Source of the DNA: Haliotis cracherodii
Taxonomy: Eukaryota
Reading direction: 5' to 3'
Assembly (NCBI RefSeq): GCF_022045235.1
Contig: NW_027266266.1
Location: forward strand, 20,274,001-20,338,000
Length of the DNA: 64,000 nucleotides
Shown here piece after piece: positions 11,401-23,166 of the stretch. The position numbers and the translations under genes were made by a program. The notes beneath the pieces were generated by a model, which saw only the letters and a program-made list of their open reading frames with translations, did no database searches and was not told the DNA's origin. Every line of letters begins with the position of its first letter. The first letter of the stretch is position 1.

Positions 11401-13061
11401 TCTTGAAAGACAAATATTTGATACAAAGTGATTAACAAACTGTCTGTTGAACAATTGCATTCTTTACAAACAGGTGATTAACGGCATGCATTCCATTAAA
11501 TATAACAATTTACTGAAATTTTGACGGCAAAAGTTAAGCATAGGTTTTCGTAGCAACAAATTAAATAAAGAATTCGTTCCCATGCTCGTTTGGGTTATCG
11601 TCAATATGTAGCATAGATTGCACATTGTCCAAAATTCACTTTCCAACATATGTTCGCAGAAAAAAGTTTATTGAATGAAATTTACTGATCAATATAAAAT
11701 ACACATTTTCAACACAATAATCTTTGCATTCAATAAACCGGTTTTAAAATATGTTGGTCTTTTTAATATTCAAGTCTACATCTTCCCGTTTTATGTTTTA
11801 AAAAAATATAGATATACTTGAGACAATACAATCGTTGTAACGTATAGGTTCAACGGACAAATATTTGTAAATGATCCTCAGCAATTCTGTTCGACAAGCC
11901 AAACATTATTGAACTACGTTCTGGAACAGATTTGACACATACAAGGTATTTTGCTCCTCAGCCAAAATGACTACATAATATGTATGTTCACGTTAACTTG
12001 TGGCGTGTTCCATGAGACAACATGACTTGACAATTCCTAAATTATCTCCCTTTGCGAACGAAAATTAGTGTCACCTTTAAATTTTGAAAAGAATTATGGA
12101 TCTAGATAGATAAAAAAAATAATTTCATCATCTAAATACAAATAGCTTGATATTGTATTTAAGTCCTTGGTTAATTCGTGAAATACATTGGATACATAAA
12201 TAACAAAACAAACTTAACAAGATTAGATTGTCTTAAAAACTTGCTTGTGGGTGCGCTGCTTCCTGAACATTTTTTGTTTTGAGTGTTTCCACGTATAATG
12301 TTGGTGTTTACACTAATATAAACTTGACTTTTGACATAAACACAAAAATATACAGTATACATCACTTAACATCAGACTTGAACACGCATGTTAAATGCTG
12401 AACGCATATGCTGTTCGATGAAAGGTCTCGTCATTGTCATTTAGAATAACGTCCCTTACGTTCGTCCTTGACTTTGTTCGCGATGTGTTTATATCACCAA
12501 GTTCTGCGCGCTCACGAGAGGACCATTTGAAGTGAAAATACTGAAGTATCTTTGGGCACATTATTTCAATTCTAATAGCTAAAGTGTGGTAACACTACAC
12601 TTATTGATTATAGCATTTATTGGTTTTGAAAAATGCTATTGCATGGCACACGAATGCTTTTTGTGTTCGGTTAGTCATGGCATCTTTTATCATAAGAACA
12701 AAACGTCTACATGAAGGACATATGTAGGATTGTACAGAATTTCACTCAAACATGTGCATGTTAAACAATATGACCTGACAATGTGATCATGAATTCCGTG
12801 TCACTTACATGTATCTATGTTGTTGTTATTGTCAGCAGCTGGGAAATCCCCATGACGTCACTGGGAAACACCCCGCTTTTTCAATCTCTAACACAAATGA
12901 GTTCTCTGTCAGGGTTACGATAGGTATCTTAACTCGGAACGATCTGCGACAGGTTTACGGTAGTTTCGAAAATCTAACTTATCTTAACCTTAAAATAACT
13001 TATCTTTGAACGTAAGTTGTTAAGATTTATCTTAGCTAAGATCGTTTCGAAAATCTAGACC
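8415..13061. mobile_element. Non-autonomous PIF/Harbinger-like DNA transposon (with nested Kolobok-like element)
   Basis: About 27-bp TIR GG(C/T)CTAGAT(G/T)TTCGAAACGATC(G/T)TAGC and 3-bp TSD CTG. Empty site ctcatcCTGttgtc at about 53090. No transposase. Confidence 0.8.
8528..10596. mobile_element. Non-autonomous Kolobok-like DNA transposon (2069 bp)
   Basis: TTAA TSD (8524-8527 and 10597-10600); about 78-bp imperfect TIR starting AGGGGCACTGATCTAACGC. RR...YY termini fit Kolobok rather than piggyBac. Empty site at about 59889. Confidence 0.8.
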
Positions 13062-13120
13062 CTGTTGTCTTTCCTCTCTCTCACCCTCTGTGCCTCCAGA
13101 TATGCTTTCCTTTGCAGCTT

Positions 13121-13398
13121 GGGGGCACGGGTGGCCCAGTCGTCTAAGGCGCCGCAATTCGCTGTGCAGAGTTGCGTCCCTTGGACACACCAGAAACCTA
13201 TGATTGTGGGTTCAAATCCCGGATCGCCCCGATTATGTTTCTAGGTTTGTCAGCACCATGCCCGGTGCTCGTGGGTTTCACCGAAGTGGTAAACGTCTTA
13301 GACCTCCATCACTTCGGGCTTTCCTCCCACATTAAGCTGACACGCCGTGATATAACTGGAATAATGGTAAAAGCTGCGTTAAACCAAACCCAAACTCA
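13121..13398 (+). mobile_element. SINE A, recombinant between two insertion sites
   Basis: Left flank tcc(t)tgcagctt and right flank cttagaagttg do not form a TSD. Confidence 0.85.
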
Positions 13399-13468
13399 CT
13401 TAGAAGTTGACGGATGACAATGTACACACAATTTATGGATAACAACTTCTTTATTTTACTGTAACATC

Positions 13469-13503
13469 GACGTTTCGGTATAGATCCTTATACCGTTGTC
13501 AAG
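13469..13503 (-). ncRNA. Minimal hammerhead-ribozyme-like motif in the Penelope pLTR
   Basis: Minus strand C-UUGACAA-C-GGUAUA-AGGAUC-UAUACC-GAAAC-GUC, followed by AAUAAA. U3/A8 core variant, 6-bp stem II, palindromic ACGU stem III. Stem I is poor. Confidence 0.55.
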
Positions 13504-13519
13504 CAAGGCTGAATAATGA

Positions 13520-14328
13520 CTTACTTACTTACTTACTTTGGAGATTTAACGTGCGCTTTCCGACTGATGCGTATTTCGCACACGGGCCCGGCCAGGCCAT
13601 TTAATGTGTTTCCGAAAGGGGCGAGGGTGGTCTGTGCAACCCAAGAGGGGGCTTTAGGGGTTGCTTATATAGAATTTGGGAATTTTGATATTTGGAATAG
13701 ATGTCGATGGGGTTGGGGAGGAGAACTAAGGGAGCTGGGTATGGTGGATGATTGTTTGTTTATTTGATTTTGATTTGGTAGATTATTATGGTTTTAGATG
13801 CGTTTTATTAGTTCCGTTTTGATTAAGAATACGCCAAAGGCCTTGAAGTTTTCTAGTTTATTTTGTGGGTTTAGTATTGCTTCTAGAGTGAGAGCCTTGT
13901 TTAGATTGAGGGTGGTTTGTAATGCGGTTCGATGTGTTAGGTAGTGTGTGCAGTGGATGAGTGCGTGTTCTGGGGTTTCTGGTTGTTTGCAGTGTGGGCA
14001 GTTACCTGTAGTGTGTTTTTTAAATTTCTTTAGGTGGTTATTTAGGTTGGTGTGTCCTGTTTGGAGTTTAGTGATTACTCTGTCGATTTTTTTTGATGGA
14101 TGGAGAATTTTTGGTTTGGTTAGTGGTTTGCTGAGCACTCTTTTGATTTGGCTATTTGAGTTTAGATATAGGTTATGCCATTTTTTTGTGATTTTTTGTT
14201 TGTTCACACTTTTAATTTCTGATTTTGAGATGGGTAAGTTTAAGCTTATTTCTGGGATTTTGAGGGATAGTTTAGCTGCTTTATCGGCGTTTTCATTACC
14301 GTATATTCCTACGTGGGCGGGTATCCAC
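13520..14328 (-). mobile_element. 5'-truncated RNase H-bearing LINE (I/Nimb group), young insertion
   Basis: ORF 13794-14330: WIPAHVGIYGNENADKAAK (RNase H C-terminus) and CPHC...ETPEHALIHC zinc knuckle. The 3' tail is (TAAG)n. TSD AATAATGA at 13512-13519 and 14329-14336; empty sites at about 54298 and 63500. Confidence 0.93.
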
Positions 14329-15284
14329 AATAATGAACATGGTACAAAATATATATATAAGGTGGAGGATTAACAGTAACAAACAATTGCATACATGAAA
14401 GAGATAAACATGAGTAAGTTCAATAATACACATGATAAGGAAGCCAATTAAACAGGATAAGTATACATAGTAGGGGTCGCTATTGCTTGATGAGTTCACA
14501 GTAGGCGGATAGGATGAAATTGCCTTGATCTCTGTTGATTGATGGTTGTGGCGGCGAATGTGGACTGCTTCTCTTTGTTTGCTTTTTGTGAAGTCCTGGA
14601 GTTGTTGGAGAGGATTTGGGCGGTTCATGTTGTGATTAGGGCAGTTGCTGATATGTTCCGAATGGCTGATTTACTGTCGGATTTGATGGTTGAAGTTTTG
14701 TGCTCTTTGATTCTGGTGTTGATGGGGCGGGATATTTCACCTACATAGGATTGCCCCATATCATCAGCCGCCTCCTTCAACCCCAATATTGACCCCGACT
14801 TCGCCAGATCAACCCCCCTCAATTCTCTAAGAAGGGACAACGACAGAAACACAACTAAACGCCAAGAACCTAAAGGTGTAGTTTATAAAATTGAGTGTAA
14901 CTGGACAATTCTATATAAGGAAAACATCCCGCCCTATAACCGTTTGCATTCAACTAGCACCCCCACATTTCCAAAAAGAATACACGAAACACAGATTCAA
15001 TAATTGTAGCCTTTTCCTGTTCACAAATCCTAAAGTGGACACTCATATATTAAGTCGACTATGAATTAATAAGTCAGAATATCAAATAAACGTAACACCA
15101 CATTAAATTAGCGGTATTAACTTATACTTTGAAACTGAGAGTTATCTCCCTTCCGTTAGTGCCGCTCGTTGCCAAGCTACCGATATCAGCAAAACGACGC
15201 CATTTTATGTTGCCGCATCTACTGTCTCTTTGTTCTCAATCTATAACCTGCCTTGGATTTTGAGCATCGCTTGAGTTTTTAAGC

Positions 15285-16504
15285 ATGCAGTCAAGTAGCT
15301 GTGTTCAAGGTACCAATGTGTCACAGTTTCATGTTGATTACGTTTCATCCTGTGGTTATATAATCGGCTACCTTCAGGTTGATGCTAATGTTTCATCACT
15401 AAGGTGTATAACTAGGCCTGTAGAAATCTCAACGTACTATACGCGTTTCCTCGCATTTTATATTTCTTTTGGGTACTTAAATTTCCTCAATGGCCAATGC
15501 TCACATAAATAGTGATTTTGTCCTGACCCCGGGTGAAGCGCACTAACGAATAGAATAAAATAAATACAACTGACACGAATGTGTATAAGATGATACCTAT
15601 AAGGTATATACTTACAAGCTTACGTTTTTAATCAATGACTTTACAGTGTAAATAAGAGTGTGCATGCCTTTTTTATTTTCACTTCTCCCCCACACAGAGA
15701 GGATGTTTCACCCGGCTTTCACCCCTGCTGCCACTCCTGTCCCACGTCGAGTAGGTGTGTTAGGGTTGTAGAAACAGAATATGACTAACTTTGACAACAG
15801 ATCCTTGTCTAAATCTCAGTGTATCAAAGTGTTGATGTTCCATAACCTACTGTATTACCACTTTCCTAACTAAAGATACACCGCACCTACCTATCACTAG
15901 GATCAGTGAGTGAGTGAGTTGGGTTTAACGCCGCTTTTAACATTATTCCAGTTATATCACGGCGGGTCAGCTTAATGTGGGAGGAAAGCCCGAAGTGATG
16001 CAGGTCTCAGACGTTTACCACTTCGGTGAAACCCACGAGCACGGGTATGGTGCTGACAAACCTAGAAACATAATCGGGGCGAACCGGGATTCGAACCCAC
16101 AATCATAGGTTTCTGGCGTGCCCAAGGGACGCAACTCTGCACAGCAAATCGCGGCGCCTTAGACGACTGGGCCACCCGTGCCCCCCACTAGGATCAGTAT
16201 CACGTTTGTCTCATCATTTTTCTCTTTCCACTTCTCTCCCCACCAGCGTCCTTGTGTGTACTACCCTGAACCCCTGTCCACCCTCCCCACCTCCTACACC
16301 TCTGTCCCCGACCCAGCCCCTGTCTCTGTTTCTGTCAACATCACCGGCCACGTCATTATGGTTGACACCGACTTTGTGGAGATTGATCTCGGACGTGAGG
16401 AAGACACACAACCCCTCCCACCCCAGTCCTTCCTGAGAGCCTTGCTGTCCCGCTTCATCCGTCTGGTCAAGAGAGTCTTCACCTCCAACAAAAACGACGC
16501 TTAA
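15285..16504 (+). CDS. Novel 3-exon small protein, copy 2 (111 aa)
   Basis: Exons 15285-15309, 15698-15750, 16247-16504. Intron 2 is enlarged by an antisense SINE; splice sites are intact. Confidence 0.7.
15908..16185 (-). mobile_element. SINE A, young antisense insertion in intron 2 of gene copy 2
   Basis: Perfect 13-bp TSD CACTAGGATCAGT (15895-15907 and 16186-16198); absent from the other seven introns. Confidence 0.95.
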
Positions 16505-18492
16505 AGTGATAATTTGTAACAATCTGAGAAGTCCCCTTTCCTCTTTTTTTATGGACACTTTGGCAAATTAGTTATCATTCCCATTTGGTTGTTCTTTCAT
16601 TAGCATGATGAGTAAATTTTGTTGTTGTTTGAATTGGTGTTGGTTGCTTTATTCTATTATTAGTGTAGGAGCCTCCTTACGTATGGAACAAACTCAAACA
16701 TAACCTAAAGCTACAAGTAACATTACAGAATTCTGCATTCTGATTCTACGTTTGTAGATCTCCTTAGTTCTGTGACAACTTGGTGAATATCGTATGCAAT
16801 AGTTACAACAATAGGTTTCACAAGTTACTCGAACCAGAAATCGAACCTTGGTCAGGGTGTGACAAGCGAACACTAACTGCTGTGCCATCCTTCAGTCAAT
16901 CTGTTTTCAGATTTGCCAGTTTAAATGTTCAAATATTATAGAACACTAAATGAAAACCCCTCAAAAGATTACTAGCCGAGTGTGTGTAAGTATATATGGA
17001 CTAAAAAAGTATATAATGTGAGCTCAGCAATTTGTTTGTACAAACCTGAGGACAATTATTTCCCCCACCCCAAATTCTAACATTGTGTTTAAAATAGGGA
17101 TGGAAAGACCATGAATAGGGATGTATCAGGAAAGTTTTTGAAGAGAAGTCCTAACTCAGTAGACTATGGGCCATAAGACCTGGACATGATTTTCAGCACC
17201 TGTCTCCCTGGTCTTGAAACAAAAATGTATTTAATGTGCTCTTGATGCTGATTTTGTGGAACATCACAGGCCATGTTATTATGGTTGCTCAGTAACAGCA
17301 TGCTATGAAGTTCTCAAACGATTTCTTACCAAAACAGGCTTCCTAACATTGAATTGAATTTGGTGAAACAGGTCAATAATATACTGGTATACTACATACC
17401 TGCAGAACTAATTACAGTTTACAGGATAATTATGATAATAATTTGTGTACTGTACCATCAAAATTCAATTCGGAAATATTTAGGAAATATTTCTTCCTTG
17501 CTAATTATTTCCTAGCTTTCATAACTTACCTATGTATAAATTGATACAATCTTTGTGATGGTCATGACAATAATATGGTTGACACTAACTTGAGACTGAC
17601 TTATTTAAGATTTTGACAGTGAGGAAGAAACACAAACTAAACCAGCCATCCTTCCTGAGAACCATGATGTCCCGTGTCATCTGAGTGGTCAAAAGAGTCT
17701 TCACCTCTAGCAACAATGTTGAAAGCTTTCCTTGGAACAAGTTCCAGGATATTTTGTTGGATTCATTAACTTTTCGTCTTGTAAATTATTTCCATATGGT
17801 TTCAGGTGATATAAATAAATGTTTTTGTTGTTCAAACTGTTGTTTGCTGTTATATTTTATCAATGTAAGTGCCTCCTATAATTATCAAAAGCGTGAATAG
17901 CATTCTAAAACCATCCTAAAGAATTCTGGTTCGTGTCTGGCAGTAAGTCTAGGTTAGATCTAATAACCAAATAGGTTTACATATGAGGTATAGATTAGCT
18001 CATCTTTTTTATATTGTATGCACAATCATTGACGTTTTTTTCTGAAATAACATCAAGAATGAATTCCACCACTGTGGACAGGGACGATTTTGAAATGACT
18101 AAAGTGCTTGACAGTTAACAAACCTAGCCTGACTGTAGCTATTGAATCACAGCTCTCTATTAAAAGAATGCGACCAGACCATCATGACACTTCTAATGGA
18201 TATCTACATTAAAGAAGGTTCGTCGCCATTCCAAATGAACCCTGTAGGAAACTAGGAATTCCACAGAGTAGAAAAGGTCCTTGGTATCCATAGCTGGCCA
18301 CATTAGCCAAAAACAAGATTCTTGCTCATGCTTTCAGTCACTGGTTTGTGTGATCATGACTTGATATCATATACAAGCCGGCGTGATACAGCTTACTTCC
18401 GTGTGGTCATAGATATCAATGTATATTTTCAGTTTACGAGAGCAAATAAAATGAGACAATTGCAACACTGTTCAACCTCAATAGTTTATGCT

Positions 18493-19323
18493 ATTTGCGC
18501 TCCGTCCAAAGCTTAAAGAGAATGGTTACGGAATCGCAAATGACTTGACTATAGCTCAACGGAAGACGCTACAGGAGCTACGACGTAACAATAAGCGCGG
18601 ATATTACAAGAAAGGGGTTCTTGTGGTTGAACATATGCAGACTACAGATAGACGTCATGAGTCTCCACCAGGCCACCCAGACACAGACCAGGCGACTTCA
18701 AAGACTCCGCCCAGGGCGGGTGTGCCAGCTAGTGTCCGAAACCCACAGAATGAAGATGATTTTCGCAGATAGGGGTGTGGCCAAGGCCGTAACTGTAACT
18801 CTAATACCAGACTAACCACTTCTTTTGTATTCTGGAACATTGCTGGACTACAATCGAAGCTCCACGATACTGACTTTATCTCATTCATACACCAATTTGA
18901 TGTCATCAGTTTATGTGAAACATGGTCATCCCATAGTGATAGTCAACTATGTTTCCCCGGATATATTACTCACTCCATCCCAGCTGAACAAATATCATTT
19001 TTTGGGCGACTGTCAGGTGGTCTGGTTGTTTTGATAAAACAACACCTAGTCCAATATGTGAAAGGTTGTGTGACCGGTCCCAACGGAATTTTCATCGTAC
19101 TGGACAAGCGCTTATTTTGTTTGGGAAAGGACACCATTGTAGCTTGTGTATATGTCCATCCTGAGGGCTCAACCTGGTATAAATCGGCTACAACGAAGTG
19201 TGGTATAAGTTTATTCTTTGAATCACTACTTGACGTGTTACAAAGATTTGGAGACTGTAGTATTTTGATTGGTGGCGACCTTAACTCTAGAACTGGCACA
19301 GATCCCGACGGAATTGAACTCAT
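18493..19323 (+). mobile_element. Internal fragment of a second APE-LINE family (ORF1 end plus ORF2 endonuclease N-half), uninterrupted
   Basis: LKENGYGIANDLTIAQRKTLQEL...DFRR*GCGQG...FVFWNIAGL...FDVISLCETW...GRLSGGLVVLIK...CVYVHP...IGGDLNSRTG, all in one frame. Unique to this unit; no TSD or tail. Confidence 0.9.
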
Positions 19324-19521
19324 TTATTATGCCTGAGACATTCCAGAAGAGAAAAGTTAATGAAGCTATTATTACTGTCGCTTCTCTCCCTTGATGGGTT
19401 CTCTTGATGAGCAGTAAAATCAGCGTATAGGCCCTGTCCACACCCTTAGCTCTGTCCCCCTACTGCTGGCCTGTGTGACCTCGAGCGCGTATCCGTCTCT
19501 CATCCTTACGTTCCCATCCAT

Positions 19522-19566
<45 letters not shown>

Positions 19567-20370
19567 CCCCAAATGTGCTTTCCTGTGCAGCTTCATCTTT
19601 TCTAGTATCTCTCTCTCCTCTCCGCTCCTCTCCTCTCCTCCCAATTTCGAGGACTAATAAAGTAAAGATTTCATTCGGTAAATATAAACCTGTTTAATTC
19701 ATAGACAAAACAGGCTCTTACAGGATCACATGACCAATTTTGTCTCACAAGCCACAATCTGTCACTGTTTCATTGAAGGTGAGGGGGGCACGGGTGGCCC
19801 AGTCGTCTAAGGCGCCGCGATTCGCTGTGCAGAGTTGCGTCCCTTGGGCACGCCAGAAACCTATGATTGTGGGTTCGAATCCTGGTTCGCCCCGATTATG
19901 TTTCTAGGTTTGTCAGCACCATACCCGGGCTTTTGGGTTTCACCGAAGTGGTTAACGTCTGAGACCTGCATCACTTCGGGCTTTCCTCCCACATTAAGCT
20001 GACACGCCGTGATATAAATGGAATACTGTTAAAAGCGGCGTTAAACCCAACTCACTCACTCATTGAAGGGGATGGAAGATGGCTGGATCTTGAACAGAAG
20101 TTCAACAAAAACAACCGAGTAGTAGTTTTAAGCTCAACAAAGTCATCTTCTCCAAAATCAGACTTCGTTCCTGTTCTGGCTTTATAGTCTCCGCCACAAT
20201 TAACAATAGCATCTCTTAATTCTGATAAAATGTCCAACAAACTGTTTTGAAATATAGGGGTGCCACTTTTACAATCAACAGATAAAATGTAATAGGAGCT
20301 AGATCCCTCAGGATGGATATATACACATGCATATTATACGTCATATTGACGGCCGAGCTAGGAATTATCA

Positions 20371-20414
<44 letters not shown>

Positions 20415-21763
20415 TTCCGTTATTTTACACCGTTTTATAATATATTTCTGTAGTTGCTTCTTTACAAGTATTATTATCCAACCTGAAATTCTGCCTGTCT
20501 TAGGGGGCACGGGTGGCCCAGTCGTCAAAGGCACCGCGACTCGCTGTGCAGAGTTGCGTCCCTTGACCTGCATCACTTCGGGTTTTCCTCCCACATTAAG
20601 CTGACATGCCGCGATAAAACTTGAATACTGTTAAAAGCTTCGTCAAACCCAACTCACAATCACTCACTCACTCACTTAGAAGTTGACGGATGACAATGTA
20701 GACACAATTTATGGATAACAACTTCTTTATTTTACTGTAACATCGACGTTTCGGTATAGATCCATGGTACAAAATATATATAGAATTAGAAGGTGGAGGA
20801 TTAACAGAAACAAACAGTTGCATACATGAGAGAGATTGACATGAGTAGGTTAAATAATAACAGAAGGATAAAACAGTAACAAAATGATGGACAGAGAACA
20901 CATGACGAGGAAGCCAATGAGACAGGAAGCCAATTAAACAGGATAAGTAATCATAGGATGGGTCGTTATTGTTTAATGAGTTCACAGTAGGCGGATAGGA
21001 TGAAATGACCTTGATGGTTTGTGGCGGCGAATGTGGACTGTTTCTCTTAGTTTGCTTTTTGTGAAGTCCTGGAGGTTGTTGGAGAGGATATGGACGGTCC
21101 ATGTTGTGATAAGGGCAGTTGCTGATATGGTCCGAATGCCTGATTTACTGTCGATTTGATGGTTGAAGTTTTGTTCTCTTTGATTCTGGTGTTGATGGGG
21201 CGGGATGTTTCACCGACATAGGATTGCCCCATATCATCAGCCGCCTCCTCAAACAGTAACCCAATATTGACCCCGACTTCGCCAGATCCACCTCCCTCAG
21301 TTCTCTAAGAAGGGACAACGGCAGAAACACAACTAAACGCCAAGAACCTAAAGGTGTAGTTTATAAAATTGGCTGTAACTGGACAATTCTATATGGGGAA
21401 AACATTCCGCCCTATAACCGTTTGCATTCATCTAGCACCCCCACATTTCCAAAAAGAATACACGAAACACAGATTCAATAATTGTAGCCTTTTCCTGTTC
21501 ACAAATCCTAAAGTGGACACTCATATATTAAGTCGACTATGAATTAATTAGTCAGAATATCAAATAAACGCAACACCACATCAAATTAGTGGTATGAACT
21601 TAAACTTTGAAACTGAGAGTTATCTCCCTTCCGTTTGTGCCGCTCGTTGCCAAGCTACCGATATCAGCAAAACGACGCCATTTTATGTTGCCGCATCTGC
21701 TGTCTCTTTGTTCTCAATCTATAACCTGCCTTGGATTTTGAGCATCACTTGAGTTTTTTAAAC

Positions 21764-22719
21764 ATGCAGTCAAGTAGCTGTGTTCAAGGTACCAATGTGT
21801 CACAGTTTTATGTTGATTACGTTTCACCGTGTGGTTATATAATCGGTTACCGTCAGGTTGATGCCAAGGTCTCATCACTAAAGTCTATAACTAGGCCTAT
21901 AGAAATCTGAACGTACTTCAACGTTTCTCAAGATATGCTAAACCCGTTTCCTCGCATTTTATATTTCTTCTATGTACTTCAATTTCTTCAATGGCCAATG
22001 CTTACATAAATAGTGATTTTGTCCTGCCCCAGGTGAACAGCCCACTAACAAATAGAAGGAATTAATAAATACAACTGACACGAACGTGTATAGATATATA
22101 TAGGCCTACCGGTATATGGTATATACTTACAAGATTACGTTTTTAATAACTTTACAGTGTAAATAAGCGTGTACATGTTTTATTTATTTTCACTTCTCCC
22201 CCACACAGATAGGATGTTTCACCCGGCTTTCACCCCTGCTGCCACTCCTGTCCCACGTCGAGTAGGTGTGCTAGGGTTGTAGAATATAACTACCTTTTAC
22301 AACAGATCCTTGTCTAAATCTCAGTGTGTCTAAGTGTTGATGTTCCATAACCTACTGTATTACCACTTTTTTAACTAAAGATACACCACACCCTACCTAT
22401 CACTAGTATCAGTATCACGTTTGTCTCATCATTTCTCTCTTTCCACTTCCCTCCCCACCAGCGTCCTTGTGTGTACCACCCTGAACCCCTGTCCACCCTC
22501 CCCACCTCCTACACCTCTGTCCCCGACCCAGCCCCTGTCTCTGTTTCTGTCAACATCACCGGCCATGTCATTATGGTTGACACCGACTTTGTGGAGATCG
22601 ATCTCGGCCGTGAGGAAGACACACAACCCCTCCCACCCCAGTCCTTCCTGAGAGCCTTGCTGTCTCGCTTCATCCGTCTGGTCAAGAGAATCTTCACCTC
22701 CAACAAAAACGACGCTTAA
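21764..22719 (+). CDS. Novel 3-exon small protein, copy 3 (111 aa)
   Basis: Exons 21764-21788, 22209-22261, 22462-22719; GT-AG introns, open frame. Confidence 0.7.
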
Positions 22720-23121
22720 AGGGACATTTTTCTAACAATCTGAGAAGTCACCTTTCCTTTTTTTTGTATGGACACTTTGGCAAATTAGTTATCATTCCCA
22801 TTTGGTTGTTCTTTCATTAGCATGATTAGTAAATTTTGTTGTTGTCAAAATTGTTGTTGGTTGCTTTATTCTATTATTAGTGTAGGAGCCTCCTTACGTA
22901 TGGAACAAACTCAAACCTAACCTTAAGCTACAAATAACATTACAGAATTCTGATTCTACGTTTGTAGATCTCCTCAAGTCTGTGACAACTTGGCGAATAT
23001 TGTATGCAATAGTTAAATATTATACTACAACAATAGGTTTCACAAGTTGCTCATGTTAGAAATCGAACCTTGGTCAGGGTGTGACAAGCAAACACTAACT
23101 GCTGTGCCACCCTTCAGTCAA

Positions 23122-23166
<45 letters not shown>

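Noticed and set aside
8925-13009. Short ORFs inside the DNA transposons as transposase
   Set aside because: All are 75 aa or shorter, with no recognisable DDE, Myb or THAP motifs; the elements appear non-autonomous.
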